A DNA stretch of 64,000 bases from contig JBJOJS010000054.1 in assembly GCA_046046455.1 (NCBI GenBank), forward strand, positions 31,434 through 95,433. Reading direction: 5' to 3'. Under the pieces are notes generated by a model that was not told the origin of the DNA, did not search any database, and saw nothing but the letters and a program-made list of their open reading frames with translations. Shown here one piece after another: positions 31,421-41,805 of the stretch (positions are counted from its first letter, which is position 1; every line of letters starts with the position of its first letter). Source of the stretch: Actinomycetota bacterium (GTDB lineage: Bacteria > Actinomycetota > Actinomycetes > S36-B12). Made by a program: the position numbers and the translations under genes.

Positions 31421-34136
31421 TGGGGTGTCCCGCGTCAGCGACGGGATGCGCAGATTCAGTAGCCGGAAGCGCTGGGTCGCTGGCGACCTGACCGCCGACG
31501 CCGGTGGCCATCGAAATCCAGACGAACCCCGCGCGCCTGAGGGCGTCGACATCGGCCTGCGAGCCGGCTTCAGCGATGAGGTGGGTGCCGCGCCTGGCCA
31601 GCGCTGAGGCGACCTGCTGGACCGAGAGCGGATCCAGTCCTGTGGGGCGCCGGTCCTTCCCGAGCGGGAAGACCAGGGCCCACGGGCTCCAGCCGATGAG
31701 GTCGTCGGGATCGGCTCCGGCTGCGGCGTCTGCGACGACGGCGATGCGCAATCCCCGATCCTCCAGGAGAGCGAAGGCCTGGCCCGAGCCATGCGGGACC
31801 GAGGAAACCACGATGACGGTCCGTGCCGCGTCGACGCGATCGAGCAGACGCCCTGCGATGTTGGGAAGGGCCGCAGCGCCGGCATCGGGCAGGAGCAGCA
31901 GGGCCGGTGCCGAGACGAGCACGGGCGCCCCCGTCGCCTCGGTGTCGCACAGGAGGGTACGGACTGCTGCCAGCGAACTGGCGGTGAATTCCACAGCCAG
32001 ATCGAGGCGATGTTCGGCCGCGTCCAGGAGTCGATGCGGGGTCCCGAGATCGAGGTCTCCGGGTGCGTGTGGCCATGACGCGTCGAGTTGGAGGGCGACA
32101 TCCTCCCGAGTGCGTGAGTCGATGATGCGGCGGAGAGCGAACTCCAGGCCCTGATCGGGTGTGCCTGCTTCGGCCAGTGCCTGTGCGAGGTCCGCTGTCG
32201 AGATCGTGGCTGAGCTGCCCGTGATGTCTTCCGGGGTGAAGTCGAGGTAGCCGAGGCTTTCGCCGAGGAGCGCCCGGCGGGTTGACCTGTCGCGGTCGAG
32301 CCGCTCGGCGGCGACCTCCATCAACTCGGGGAACGACACCGCGTCGACCTGATACGTGGCGTGACCGAGGGACACGCTCACGCTGACCTCGACGTCGACG
32401 CGTGCCGACGACACGGAGCCGTGATCGTTGATCCACTGCTGCAGGGCACGCAATTGAGTGGCGACGTGCCTGACGACGGGCCCACCCAGCAGCCCGATCC
32501 AGATTCGGCCGGCACCTTCGTACGCGACGAAGAGCTCCTCGCCCGCGAAGTCGGCGTTGCCCAGCACGGTTCGAATGACCTGGGCCACAGCCGCCTGCTC
32601 GAACTTGCCGCCGGCTAGTGCGCCGAACTCATCGATTTCGAGAACGGCTACGAGGAGCGAGCTCGTCTGGGTGGACTGGTCGGCCCGGTCGCGCAACCGA
32701 TCGCCTGCTTCATGGAAAGCGGACATCGTGGGCCAGCGCGATCGGTCGTCGAACATCAAATCAAAGGCGCGACTAGCGGAGAGGTAGTCCTGTGCCATGA
32801 CGGGGGAGAGCAATGCGAGCGTGGCGAGTTCGACGTACTCATCGACGATGTCGCGGGAGCGAATGAGGAAGGAGCCGGGGGCGAGCCACGAGCCGATAAC
32901 GATCCAGCCTTCGGCGTTGTCGCGATCGGGCCGGCCCAGGCGGATCTCGCGGTGAGGGCGTGCCGCCAGGTCCGTTGCCAGGGGCACGGGGCCGACGTCG
33001 TGTCGATCCAACCCGGCGAGGCTCGAGCGACGAGTTCCGTCCGGAAGCGTGATGTGCCCCATGGCGCGTGTGGCTCCGAAGGTCGCCAGAGCCACGCGGG
33101 TGGCCGTGGGAAGCGCAGCGCGTGCAGCGAGATCCGGGCTGAGCGATCCATCGGCGAGTCGGCGCACGATCTCGGCCTGGTGGGCTCGCCATGCCCCTAG
33201 CAGTACGCGCGCGTCATGGCGCCACCAGGCGATGGACGCGAGCCAGAGTGCCGCCCACGCGACGACCAGGACACCAAGGCCCGCGAGCCCAGCCGCGTCC
33301 TCTCGTCCCGGAGTCGTGGGCCCGGCTGTCGACGCGACCGCGACCGCAGCGGCGAAGGCCAGCCAGGCGACGAGGGCCGTGATCCCCGCGATGAGGAGGC
33401 GGCGTGGATCGATGGCATCGCGCAGGAATGCCCAGCGTTCGCTTGCCCCGGTCGCCCAGCGTTCTAGGGAATTGAGAGCCAGTTGCGAGTACAGCGCCAC
33501 CGTCACGGCCAGCAGGAGCGGCCAGATGGACATGCGATCGATGAGCAGGGGCGCGAGCGAGTAGACGATGAGATACGCGATGGCCGCTGCGGCGCCGGCC
33601 GAAAAGCTGGAGAAGATCGCGGAGAAGCGCATGTTGACGTCATGTCGCGGCGCGCGTCGGATCATGACGGCCGCGCGTGCGATCAAGCCGACGCCGATGA
33701 GAGAGATGGTGATGGCAGGTGGAGTGAGAACGCCGGCGAGGAGTGCTCCGACGAGCAGGGCGTCGAAAGTGATGGTCACTCGGTCCCAGGACCGGATCCG
33801 GCTGTCGTTCTCGGAGAAGAGGGTCCTGCTCCACGCCGCGGAACTCGTGCGGAACGTGGCTGCCGGGACCAGCGCCGCCAGGGAGAGGATGATCACTGAT
33901 CCGACGATGACGGCCAGGACATCCTCGTCGGCGGGAGCGGGCATCGGCAGGGTGAACGCGACCACGATCGCGGCTGCTGTCGCGACCAACCCGACCACGA
34001 TCGCGAGGGCGCCGGCGATGCCGGCGCGCAGATGCAGGACGGGCAGGCTGATCGAGGAGGCGTTCGGCGGCTGCGGGATGAGCCAGGAGCCGAGGGTGCG
34101 GAGGACCCGCGTTACGGGCTCGCGGGCCGACGTCAT
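31410..34136 (-). CDS. Multi-pass membrane protein with degenerate GGDEF and EAL domains
   Basis: Many N-terminal TM segments. GGDEF-like [12 protein letters not shown]...[11 protein letters not shown]...[11 protein letters not shown]-like [13 protein letters not shown]...ALQLDASW...LIAEAG...[14 protein letters not shown] 6 nt before ATG 34136. Confidence 0.7.
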   Translation of the reverse strand: MTSAREPVTRVLRTLGSWLIPQPPNASSISLPVLHLRAGIAGALAIVVGLVATAAAIVVAFTLPMPAPADEDVLAVIVGSVIILSLAALVPAATFRTSSAAWSRTLFSENDSRIRSWDRVTITFDALLVGALLAGVLTPPAITISLIGVGLIARAAVMIRRAPRHDVNMRFSAIFSSFSAGAAAAIAYLIVYSLAPLLIDRMSIWPLLLAVTVALYSQLALNSLERWATGASERWAFLRDAIDPRRLLIAGITALVAWLAFAAAVAVASTAGPTTPGREDAAGLAGLGVLVVAWAALWLASIAWWRHDARVLLGAWRAHQAEIVRRLADGSLSPDLAARAALPTATRVALATFGATRAMGHITLPDGTRRSSLAGLDRHDVGPVPLATDLAARPHREIRLGRPDRDNAEGWIVIGSWLAPGSFLIRSRDIVDEYVELATLALLSPVMAQDYLSASRAFDLMFDDRSRWPTMSAFHEAGDRLRDRADQSTQTSSLLVAVLEIDEFGALAGGKFEQAAVAQVIRTVLGNADFAGEELFVAYEGAGRIWIGLLGGPVVRHVATQLRALQQWINDHGSVSSARVDVEVSVSVSLGHATYQVDAVSFPELMEVAAERLDRDRSTRRALLGESLGYLDFTPEDITGSSATISTADLAQALAEAGTPDQGLEFALRRIIDSRTREDVALQLDASWPHAPGDLDLGTPHRLLDAAEHRLDLAVEFTASSLAAVRTLLCDTEATGAPVLVSAPALLLLPDAGAAALPNIAGRLLDRVDAARTVIVVSSVPHGSGQAFALLEDRGLRIAVVADAAAGADPDDLIGWSPWALVFPLGKDRRPTGLDPLSVQQVASALARRGTHLIAEAGSQADVDALRRAGFVWISMATGVGGQVASDPALPATESAHPVADAGHPTTA

Positions 34137-34198
34137 GGCTCGATGGTAGGGCTCCGCACACGTGGAAGGGCGGTTCCGGGACTCCGGAGGTCGCCTCG

Positions 34199-34206
34199 GC
34201 CGATAC
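34199..34206 (+). promoter_or_regulatory. Sigma-28-type -10 element upstream of the minor pilin operon
   Basis: GCCGATAC 27 nt before GTG 34234. Confidence 0.65.
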
Positions 34207-34233
34207 TGCTGTGGGAGGAAGGAGGCACGTCGA

Positions 34234-35505
34234 GTGCCGGTTCGGCGCCGCCCTGACGAGGGATTCACGCTGATCGAGGTGGTCGTGGCGATGGCCGTGT
34301 TCACCGCGGTCTCCTTGGCGACCCTGGCCGTCGTCCTCACCTCCCTACGAACGGTCCGTGAGAACGAGGACCGGGTGATTGCGGCCAACCTGGCGCGTTC
34401 GGTCTTCTCGGGCCTGCGGGTCGCCGGGGCGGCCGACGTCCCGCTCGGCCGCACGGTCGTCCAGCAGGATGGCTTCACGGTGACCACCGACGCGGCATGG
34501 GTCGGTGTCGCGCAGACGGCAAGCGCCTGCGATGAGGCTGCCCCGGGGGCCGACTTCCTTCGTGTCGAGGTCTCGGTCGATGGCGGGACTCTCGATTCCG
34601 CCCAGGTGATCGCAGGAGTGGTTCCCGCGCCCGAGGGCGGGCCAGAGGGTCCGCGTGGGTCTGTCGCCGTCTCGATAGGGGATCGGTTCGGCAACCCACT
34701 TCCGGACGTTCTCGTCACCGGCGACGATCCCTTCCACCCGAACAATGACTTCGCCCTGATCAGCGGAGCGGACGGATGCGTCTTCCTGCCCGGCTTGGAA
34801 CCGACGGGCTCGCTCGTCGTATCCGTCAGTGGCGAGGTGAAGGGTGTCTCCCTGATAGCACCCACACCCCAGGCGAGTCAGTCGCAGGCACAGGTCGTGG
34901 CCGATCAGGTCACGCGGCTGGACTTCACGCTCGCGTTGCCAGCGGCCCTGCGCCTGGTGGGGGACGACACGGCCTACCCCGTCCCCGCAGACATCCTGGC
35001 GTCGTGGCAGGGGTCGGGCACCGGGACCGTCGCGACCGCGACCCCGTTGCGCACGCGCCTCGATGGCCTGTGGCCTGCCACCACGGGTTTCACCGCGTGG
35101 CTCGGCAACTGTTCCGCGTCGAGCCCGGTGCAGTACGGCGAGCAGCCGGCTGTCTTCGATCTCGCACCGGGTGAGCTCACGACGGTGGATCTCATCGGCG
35201 CCCGCCTGCGTGCGAAGGGCCTGGCTACGCGTGGTCGACTCGATGCCATCTATGTCCCGATCGCCGGGGATTCGTGCAATGGCTTCACCGTCGATGTCGG
35301 GACGGCGGACGATAGCGGCGTCCTCGACTTCACCCTGCCGTATGGCACGTGGGAGTTCCGCTCCGAGGGTCAGGTCCGTCGGCCGGCGGCTCTTGTACCG
35401 TCCCCGGATCGCACGGTCGTCACCTTCGATCTGCAGCCCACTCCGAGTCCGTCGCCCAGTGCCTCGCCATCGGCGAGCCCCGCTGCGTCGGGGGGCCAGC
35501 CATGA
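34234..35505 (+). CDS. Type IV minor pilin (PilV-like) with a large C-terminal beta domain
   Basis: Class III signal RRRPDEG|FTLIEVVVAMAVF; RBS AGGAGG; Pro/Ser-rich tail. Confidence 0.82.
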   Translation: MPVRRRPDEGFTLIEVVVAMAVFTAVSLATLAVVLTSLRTVRENEDRVIAANLARSVFSGLRVAGAADVPLGRTVVQQDGFTVTTDAAWVGVAQTASACDEAAPGADFLRVEVSVDGGTLDSAQVIAGVVPAPEGGPEGPRGSVAVSIGDRFGNPLPDVLVTGDDPFHPNNDFALISGADGCVFLPGLEPTGSLVVSVSGEVKGVSLIAPTPQASQSQAQVVADQVTRLDFTLALPAALRLVGDDTAYPVPADILASWQGSGTGTVATATPLRTRLDGLWPATTGFTAWLGNCSASSPVQYGEQPAVFDLAPGELTTVDLIGARLRAKGLATRGRLDAIYVPIAGDSCNGFTVDVGTADDSGVLDFTLPYGTWEFRSEGQVRRPAALVPSPDRTVVTFDLQPTPSPSPSASPSASPAASGGQP

Positions 35506-36200
35506 AGTCGCCGAGCATGACTCGACGCACCCCTCGCCCCGGTCCGGATGGCGGTTTCACCGCGGTCGAGCTTGTGGTGGCCGTGGGAATCTTCAGTGTG
35601 CTGGCGATGCTGAGTGCGACGGCGATGATCTACCTCTTCGGCGGGATCCGCGAGGTCTCGTCGGGTACGCAGCTCCAGGCGCAGTCGCAGAACTCTGCGG
35701 AGTGGGTGAGCCGGTTGCTCCGCTACACCGATCAGGTCCCGGGAGCCACGGCCGCGATCGTGTCCGCGGCACCGGATCGGATCACGGTCAACACGTGGTC
35801 GGGCACGGGCGACGACCCCGATGCTGCCTACCGGGCCCGTCTCATCGTCATCCCCGATGGCGATGGCTATGCCCTGGTGAGCGATGTTGCCGAAGGACAG
35901 CTGAACGCAGGTGCGTGGTCCTGGACCGGTGACTGGCAGTCCGCTGCCGTGCCTGCGGGCGCGAGTCGTCGGGTGCTGCTGCAGGTGCCCGCCAGCACAG
36001 GGCCCCCCTTCAACGTCAAAGTGATTGCCTGCCGACCCGATCTCGGCTGCTCCGCGACCTCACGTGATGCGACACCCATGACTCCCGGCCCCGTGGTCCT
36101 GGCCGCCGGCGAGGAGGTCGTAGCCCTCGAGGTGCTCCTCGGCGATGTCGATGATCCGTTGAACGCGGTCACCCAGCGGATCGAGCTGGTGAACCAATGA
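35502..36200 (+). CDS. Type IV minor pilin (PilW-like)
   Basis: DGG|FTAVELVVAVGIF; ATGA overlaps with both neighbours. Confidence 0.82.
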   Translation: MKSPSMTRRTPRPGPDGGFTAVELVVAVGIFSVLAMLSATAMIYLFGGIREVSSGTQLQAQSQNSAEWVSRLLRYTDQVPGATAAIVSAAPDRITVNTWSGTGDDPDAAYRARLIVIPDGDGYALVSDVAEGQLNAGAWSWTGDWQSAAVPAGASRRVLLQVPASTGPPFNVKVIACRPDLGCSATSRDATPMTPGPVVLAAGEEVVALEVLLGDVDDPLNAVTQRIELVNQ

Positions 36201-38374
36201 CCGAGAGGGAGTCCTGCGACGCGTCGAAGCGCGACAGCGGCATTGCCATGATCATGGTCCTGCTGTGGAGCGTCCTGCTCCTGGCGATCGCCCTGGCTGT
36301 GACCGTAGTGGCGCTGCGCCAGATCCAGCCGTCGGATGCGAGCGAGAAGTCGTACGCCGCCCTCGCCGCTGCGGAGGCGGGGATCGAGGACTACCTGGTC
36401 AGGCTTCGACAGCCCGGCTACGAGTCCACGATCGATCCCAGCAACCCGGCATTCACGTCTTTCGTGCCTGTCCCGGGTGGCGCGACGGCCGGGGAGTTCA
36501 CGTATGCGGTCGATACCTCACGGGCGAGGTCAGGGGGGGAGATCCGCGTGTACTCCACGGGCCGCTCGGGTGGCATCGAACGCACCGTGGAGGCCGTGCT
36601 CTCCCGTCGCACGCCGCTCGATTACGTCTACCTCAGCGACATCGAGACACCATCCCCTGAGGTCCCCGGCTCGTACTCCACGCGTGCCGGCACGGGTGGC
36701 AACACCACCACGACCGCTCGCCAGCTTGCTGAGGCGCTCTGCAGTCGCCGCTGGTACGAGGCTGGACAGGTCGGTCCCAATGGGCAGGTGGGGAATCAGC
36801 GCAATATCCGCTACTGCCAATGGGCGGGCATCTACGCGTCCGAGCGCATCTTCGGCCGAATCCACACGAACGACGTCTGGGTCCTCGAAAATGCGGACCT
36901 CTCCCAGGCCATCCAGGTCGGCGCCATCTCGTCGTCGTGCCGAAGCGAAGCCGAGGGGATCGTGGCGGGTGAGGTCGGTTGCCCGGCTAACCATCGGTAC
37001 ATCGCGAGCAACACCCTGTCATCAGGGCGCATCGTCGACCGCACATGGACGTCGCAGACGAGCACCTACCAGGGCGATTCCTATCGACCATCGGGTGCCG
37101 AGGTCACCCGGCGCAACCCCCGCTACGAGCCGCCGCTCGAACTGCCCACCGCGGCGGCGACGGCCGCGAAGTTCAAGGTCTTCGCGGCTGAGTCGGGCTG
37201 CATCTTCACCGGGCCGACGCGCATTCGCTTCGATGTCGTGGCAGGCCGTGGTGTCGCCTATGTCACCAGCCCGGACACGAAGCAGACCGGGACCGGCTGC
37301 GGGACCGGGTATGCAGCGACCACGGGAGCGCCGACGTCCCAGCAGACGCGGATGATCTATCTCGATCAGTTCGATGACCTCGTGATCTTCATCCAGGACC
37401 TTCCGCTCGCGGGGGTCGACGATCCGAGCAATCCCCTGGACGTGGCCAACGTATGGGCGGCGGGCACCGCCCCCACCTGCCAGATCAAGACGTACGGCAC
37501 GACCTCATCGCCCTACCCCTACGTGGTCCCCAACGTCAGCGCGGATTCTGGAGAGGCGGCACTCTTCTCGGCGACTTCGCGCCCGGAAGGCTTCCCCTCG
37601 GCGTACGCCGACCCGACCAATGCCTGGTACGCGTCGAATTGCGGCCTGGGTGATGTCTACGTCCAGGGCACGGCCAAGGGCCGCGTCACCGTCGCCGCCG
37701 AGAACAACATCGTCCTCACGGGCTCGCTGCGGGATTCCACCGCCCAGAGTGGCGGCACGGACAACGGCAAGCCTGCCGCGAGTTCCCAGACGAGTGTCGG
37801 GATGGTGGCGGGTCAGTTCGCCTACCTCTATCGTCCGCTCACGTCCACGACGTCGAGCCCCGCATGGGTGACTGACTGGCGTACGTCGAACGCGTCGGAC
37901 CCGGTCCTCAACGCCGCAATCCTCGCCGTGGATCAATGCTTCGGAGCCCAGGATGCCGAGTACGGCAGCCGCAATGGATCCATCTACCTCTGGGGGTCGC
38001 TCTCTCAGAAGTATCGCTGCATCGTCGGCTTCACCGGCGGCTACTCCAAGAGCTACAAGTACGACGACCGCCTGACCTGGCAGGCACCGCCCTACTTCGT
38101 CGCGCTCTTCGACGAGCCCTGGGAGGTCCGGCGCTGGGGCGAGGTCACGCCGCGGCAGCAGGCGCCGGGGACGACCGAGTGGGAGTTGCCACTGTCACCG
38201 GGTGAGTCGGTGATCGATGCGCAGGTCGTCTTCGGTGATGCCAGCGTCACCCAGGACGGAGTGAGCGCGTCCGTGACGGCCCGCAGCGATGGTCAGGTCA
38301 TCGTGCGCTACCGCGTGAGCACTGCCTCCGGCTTCCGATACCGGCACCTCGTGATCCTGGTCGCATCCCCGTAG
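36197..38374 (+). CDS. Large PilX-like minor pilin / putative tip adhesin
   Basis: RDSG|IAMIMVLL (no Glu5), ALAAAEAGIEDY, late GYSKSYKYDDRL...PPYF; rich in Cys and Thr. Confidence 0.8.
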   Translation: MTERESCDASKRDSGIAMIMVLLWSVLLLAIALAVTVVALRQIQPSDASEKSYAALAAAEAGIEDYLVRLRQPGYESTIDPSNPAFTSFVPVPGGATAGEFTYAVDTSRARSGGEIRVYSTGRSGGIERTVEAVLSRRTPLDYVYLSDIETPSPEVPGSYSTRAGTGGNTTTTARQLAEALCSRRWYEAGQVGPNGQVGNQRNIRYCQWAGIYASERIFGRIHTNDVWVLENADLSQAIQVGAISSSCRSEAEGIVAGEVGCPANHRYIASNTLSSGRIVDRTWTSQTSTYQGDSYRPSGAEVTRRNPRYEPPLELPTAAATAAKFKVFAAESGCIFTGPTRIRFDVVAGRGVAYVTSPDTKQTGTGCGTGYAATTGAPTSQQTRMIYLDQFDDLVIFIQDLPLAGVDDPSNPLDVANVWAAGTAPTCQIKTYGTTSSPYPYVVPNVSADSGEAALFSATSRPEGFPSAYADPTNAWYASNCGLGDVYVQGTAKGRVTVAAENNIVLTGSLRDSTAQSGGTDNGKPAASSQTSVGMVAGQFAYLYRPLTSTTSSPAWVTDWRTSNASDPVLNAAILAVDQCFGAQDAEYGSRNGSIYLWGSLSQKYRCIVGFTGGYSKSYKYDDRLTWQAPPYFVALFDEPWEVRRWGEVTPRQQAPGTTEWELPLSPGESVIDAQVVFGDASVTQDGVSASVTARSDGQVIVRYRVSTASGFRYRHLVILVASP

Positions 38375-38424
38375 GATCGAGTTCCCCGAGGATCGAGGGC
38401 GGTGAGCAGTCGAGGAGGGCGCGC

Positions 38425-39198
38425 GTGAGCGATCGCCAGCTTGACGCCTTCGTCCCCTGGGCCCTCCAGTCAGCCGATGTCTTGGAACTGGCGGCGTGTG
38501 AGGCGGCCCAGTCGGGCGACGCGGCTCGTGCCGTGGGGCTTGCCTGGAGCGCCGACCTTCACCGAGTCCAGGGCGCGCTCTGGTCGGAGCTCGTCGTCAC
38601 CCAGCAGTTGAGCCGCCGCGAGTTCTTCCACATACTGCAGGATCTCGTGGCGTCTCCCGACGACGCACCGGCGTTGTCGGAATCGGCACAGGATGCCCTC
38701 GACAGGTCGCGCATGACATTGCTCGCCGGGCTGGGGGAGATCATTCCCGACGGCGTCGCCCTGGCACATGTTCCTGAGTTGGCATCCCTTCCGGCCCCGG
38801 ACGCCGATGCCTGGGATCGGCTGCGATTGAGCCTTCTCAGTGGCATGCGACCCGACGACCTGGTTGAGACGCGGCGACGGCAGTCGGCAGATCTCATGCT
38901 GCGCGCGCTTCGGGCACAGCAATCCGGCGACGACGCAGAGGCCATCCGTCTGGCATATGACTCGGACATGGCGTCCCTGGAGGCCTATCTTGTCGAGTCG
39001 GCCACTGCGGTGGGCGACGCTCCGCTCGTGACGGTCGCCGCACGCTGGGCACTGGTGGCGCATCGTATGTCGGGTCTGCCTGCCCTCCCGTGGGAGTTCC
39101 TCGGAGCGGTGCGCGCCGTGCGCATGGTCCTTGCCGAGGCCCTGGGCGATTCCGACGGAGCCCGCATGCTGGCAGGTCTCCAATCCTTCTCCGCCTAG
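38425..39198 (+). CDS. Hypothetical helical protein with an internal duplication
   Basis: RBS GAGGAGG; two copies of QSAD...QSGD...A..LA...D, 138 aa apart. Confidence 0.7.
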   Translation: MSDRQLDAFVPWALQSADVLELAACEAAQSGDAARAVGLAWSADLHRVQGALWSELVVTQQLSRREFFHILQDLVASPDDAPALSESAQDALDRSRMTLLAGLGEIIPDGVALAHVPELASLPAPDADAWDRLRLSLLSGMRPDDLVETRRRQSADLMLRALRAQQSGDDAEAIRLAYDSDMASLEAYLVESATAVGDAPLVTVAARWALVAHRMSGLPALPWEFLGAVRAVRMVLAEALGDSDGARMLAGLQSFSA

Positions 39199-39866
39199 GG
39201 GGCCGCGGCCGGCGAGGAAGGCGCCGGAGCAGGTTCCCCGGCCTGCGCGGCTACCTTCTCCGCGGCCGCGACCAGGTCCGGCAGCGGCGTCTGCAAGACG
39301 AAGAAGGTGCCCGTGACGGACGCCGTCCACGGGGACCGCGGACCCGGATCGGGTCGGTCGACGGTGATGGCCGTGATGAGGAGTGAGCGCTCGAGCCCCT
39401 CCAGATTGCCGAGGAACTTCAGGACGGCGGCCTCGGGGCCCTCGACCGTCATGTCGACCTGCATGGTGGCCAGCGCGACCCCGGATTCACTGGCATCGAC
39501 CTCGACGCTCACGGGTACTCCCGTGTTGATCACGGAGATGCTGCCGGGCTCGATGCCAGCCGACGTCGCCGCCTTGGTGAGCTGCCGCAGCAGCCGTGGC
39601 TGCTGTGCAGACTGCGGCATGCGTGCGAAGACCTGCTGCGCCTGACGGGCGGCTTCGGGCAGTGCTGCGGCCAATGCGTCGAGGTCGCGTTGCTTGCGCT
39701 GCAGGCTGATCTGCGTCAACTCGAGGTCGGCCGCGGCGGTCTGCAATTCGGCTGTCTCGGAGAGTCGCGGAGACAGGACAAGGAGCCACAGCAGGCCAGC
39801 GAGGAGTCCCAGCGTCAGTACGGCCACCACGCCCGCGGCCCCTACCCGAGTGAGACGGATCCTCAT
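39195..39866 (-). CDS. pilO: Type IV pilus protein PilO
   Basis: One N-terminal TM, a coiled coil, then RMP...LLRQL and FLGNLEGLERSLLITAI; third gene of the MNO operon. Confidence 0.8.
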   Translation of the reverse strand: MRIRLTRVGAAGVVAVLTLGLLAGLLWLLVLSPRLSETAELQTAAADLELTQISLQRKQRDLDALAAALPEAARQAQQVFARMPQSAQQPRLLRQLTKAATSAGIEPGSISVINTGVPVSVEVDASESGVALATMQVDMTVEGPEAAVLKFLGNLEGLERSLLITAITVDRPDPGPRSPWTASVTGTFFVLQTPLPDLVAAAEKVAAQAGEPAPAPSSPAAAP

Positions 39867-40600
39867 GGCGTCGCCTCCGGCACCGTTGTGTCGTCCGCGG
39901 CGGCAAGGGCGGCGATGACGGAGTCGTCGGAGATCGGTGCCACGAGCCCCTTGAGGGAGATGCCGACGCTCCCGGTGAAGGTGACCGTGCTGGCCGCGTC
40001 GGATGTCGTGCTGCTGACGTACGGCCCGATGAAGAACGGATCCTTCTCGAGTTCGGCAATGAACCGGGCCACCTCTTCTCGGCTTCCCGCCGTAGCCGAG
40101 AAGTCGACGCAGCCGATGGTGACGCGTTCCGAGAACGGATCCGGAGTCGGGCAGCGATTGATGTCCTCGCTGACCTTGGGGATCCCGTGGTAGACGACCG
40201 TGACCTTGCTGAAGCGGACATTGCCTCCGGCCGCGGCAGCTGCTTCGAGGCGAGCGAGGGTGACGACAGCCTGCGGCGACGAGGCGAGCGTGTCCGATAC
40301 GAGCCCCTCGAGCCGCTCGAGTTGTCCGTAGAAGTTGCCGACCGGTCCGAGGGCATTGACCTTCGCCTGGATCGCGGCGTTCTGCGCCGTGAGGTCCTCG
40401 ACCCGAGAAGCAGCGGATCCGATGGACGGTCCGACCGACCACCACACGAGACCCGTCAACGCCACGATGATGACGGCGGCTATCGCGGTGCGGCGAGCGA
40501 TGGTCGCGATCCGCAGGGACTGCGTCACGTCAGCGGGGAGAAGATCCACCCGTGGCGACGGCGGCGGAGTTGTCGGGCGAGGGGTCGCAGGTGACGTCAT
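39863..40600 (-). CDS. pilN: Type IV pilus protein PilN
   Basis: PRVDLLP (INLLP-type PilM-binding motif), TM, coiled coil and VARFIAELE. Confidence 0.78.
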   Translation of the reverse strand: MTSPATPRPTTPPPSPRVDLLPADVTQSLRIATIARRTAIAAVIIVALTGLVWWSVGPSIGSAASRVEDLTAQNAAIQAKVNALGPVGNFYGQLERLEGLVSDTLASSPQAVVTLARLEAAAAAGGNVRFSKVTVVYHGIPKVSEDINRCPTPDPFSERVTIGCVDFSATAGSREEVARFIAELEKDPFFIGPYVSSTTSDAASTVTFTGSVGISLKGLVAPISDDSVIAALAAADDTTVPEATP

Positions 40601-41709
40601 GGCAGCGCCAACCCGAGTGCGCAGGTGTAGCGGCCGTCCGGAGGCAGATGACGTTGAACACGCGGGGCAAGGGAGAGACCGGCGAAGGGCGCCAGGATGT
40701 CGACCGGCTTGCGGACCTGGGTCTCTATGCGCTCGGCGAGGCCCGGCATGGCACTGACCCGTCCCGTAAGGGTGATGCGGGCGACCTGGGTGCCCACTCC
40801 GGACGTGTCGAGGTAGTCAAGGGAGTCCTGGATCTCCTTGACCACCGTCGTCGCCCAGCGCCCCAACTCCGCGACGACACGTTCATTGTCGAGGTCGCGC
40901 TCACTGCGGTCGGCTGACGGCAGGCCCGTGAAGACCGACGATTCGGCAATGGGAGTGAGCACAGGAGCCGGCGCCTTGAGTCCGACCGTCATCTTCCGGA
41001 GCTCGGCCGCTTCTTCCGTCATGCCGAGGGCCTCCTGCAGGGCAGTCGTTGCGGCCCGCCCACCCACGGTGCCCACGGAGCGGATGAGCAAGGGCGTGCC
41101 CCCTGCGTGGATCACGACCGTCAGGTGGTCGGCTCCGAGGTCGACCAGCATGGCCGGACGGGGATCCGGGTCGGCATTCAGAGCCGTGCGGAGCAGGGCG
41201 AAGGCGCTGGCATCGGCGGCGATGGGTCGCACCCCGCCCTTGCGCAGAGCCTTCGCGGTGTCGCGCACCGCCTCGGTGGCCGTCGCCACGAGCAGAATGC
41301 GGCTCGTTTCGGGTGTGCCTGAGGGGGTCGCCCCGCGGGTCTCCAGCAGCGAGTAGTCGAGTTCGACCGTGCGCACGTCGACCGGCAACGCATCCTGCAC
41401 CTGGTAGCGCAGGGCCGATCGGAAGTCCTCGGGTTCCATCCACGGCAGGTCCATTTGGCGGGTGAGCACGGCCGGTACGCCGAATACGGCCCGGCGGGTG
41501 GAGAAGCGCCCCCGGCGCCACAGGCGACGGATCGCCTTCGAGACCACAGCCGGGTCCCGCACCGCTCCGTGGTCCAAGGCCCCCGGAGGGAGTTCGACCT
41601 CGGCGGCCCGGATGACCTCGGGCCCCTGGCCCCTCAGGGACACCTCGACCGCGCGGATCCCGGTGGCGCCGAGGTCGATGCCTACGGCGCGACGGGAGGA
41701 CAGCAGCAT
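40597..41709 (-). CDS. pilM: Type IV pilus actin-like protein PilM
   Basis: VGIDLGATGIRAVEV, VDLGA, GG...T and ALGLAL. Confidence 0.88.
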   Translation of the reverse strand: MLLSSRRAVGIDLGATGIRAVEVSLRGQGPEVIRAAEVELPPGALDHGAVRDPAVVSKAIRRLWRRGRFSTRRAVFGVPAVLTRQMDLPWMEPEDFRSALRYQVQDALPVDVRTVELDYSLLETRGATPSGTPETSRILLVATATEAVRDTAKALRKGGVRPIAADASAFALLRTALNADPDPRPAMLVDLGADHLTVVIHAGGTPLLIRSVGTVGGRAATTALQEALGMTEEAAELRKMTVGLKAPAPVLTPIAESSVFTGLPSADRSERDLDNERVVAELGRWATTVVKEIQDSLDYLDTSGVGTQVARITLTGRVSAMPGLAERIETQVRKPVDILAPFAGLSLAPRVQRHLPPDGRYTCALGLALP

Positions 41710-41746
41710 GTCCCTCCCTCGGTGTGCGCGCGTGCCTTCGTGGACA

Positions 41747-41798
41747 GTATCGGCCGAAGCGGGCGCTCGTGGCGACCGCGGACCGAATGAGCCGATAC
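41747..41798. promoter_or_regulatory. Back-to-back sigma-28-type -10 elements for pilM (-) and the pilT-like operon (+)
   Basis: GCCGATAC on the minus strand at 41754-41747 and on the plus strand at 41791-41798. Confidence 0.68.
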
Positions 41799-41805
41799 TC
41801 CTCGC

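Noticed and set aside
34137-34865. N-terminal extension making the GGDEF-EAL ORF 1151 aa
   Set aside because: It is the antisense shadow of the PilV-like gene, and a leaderless -10 supports ATG 34136.
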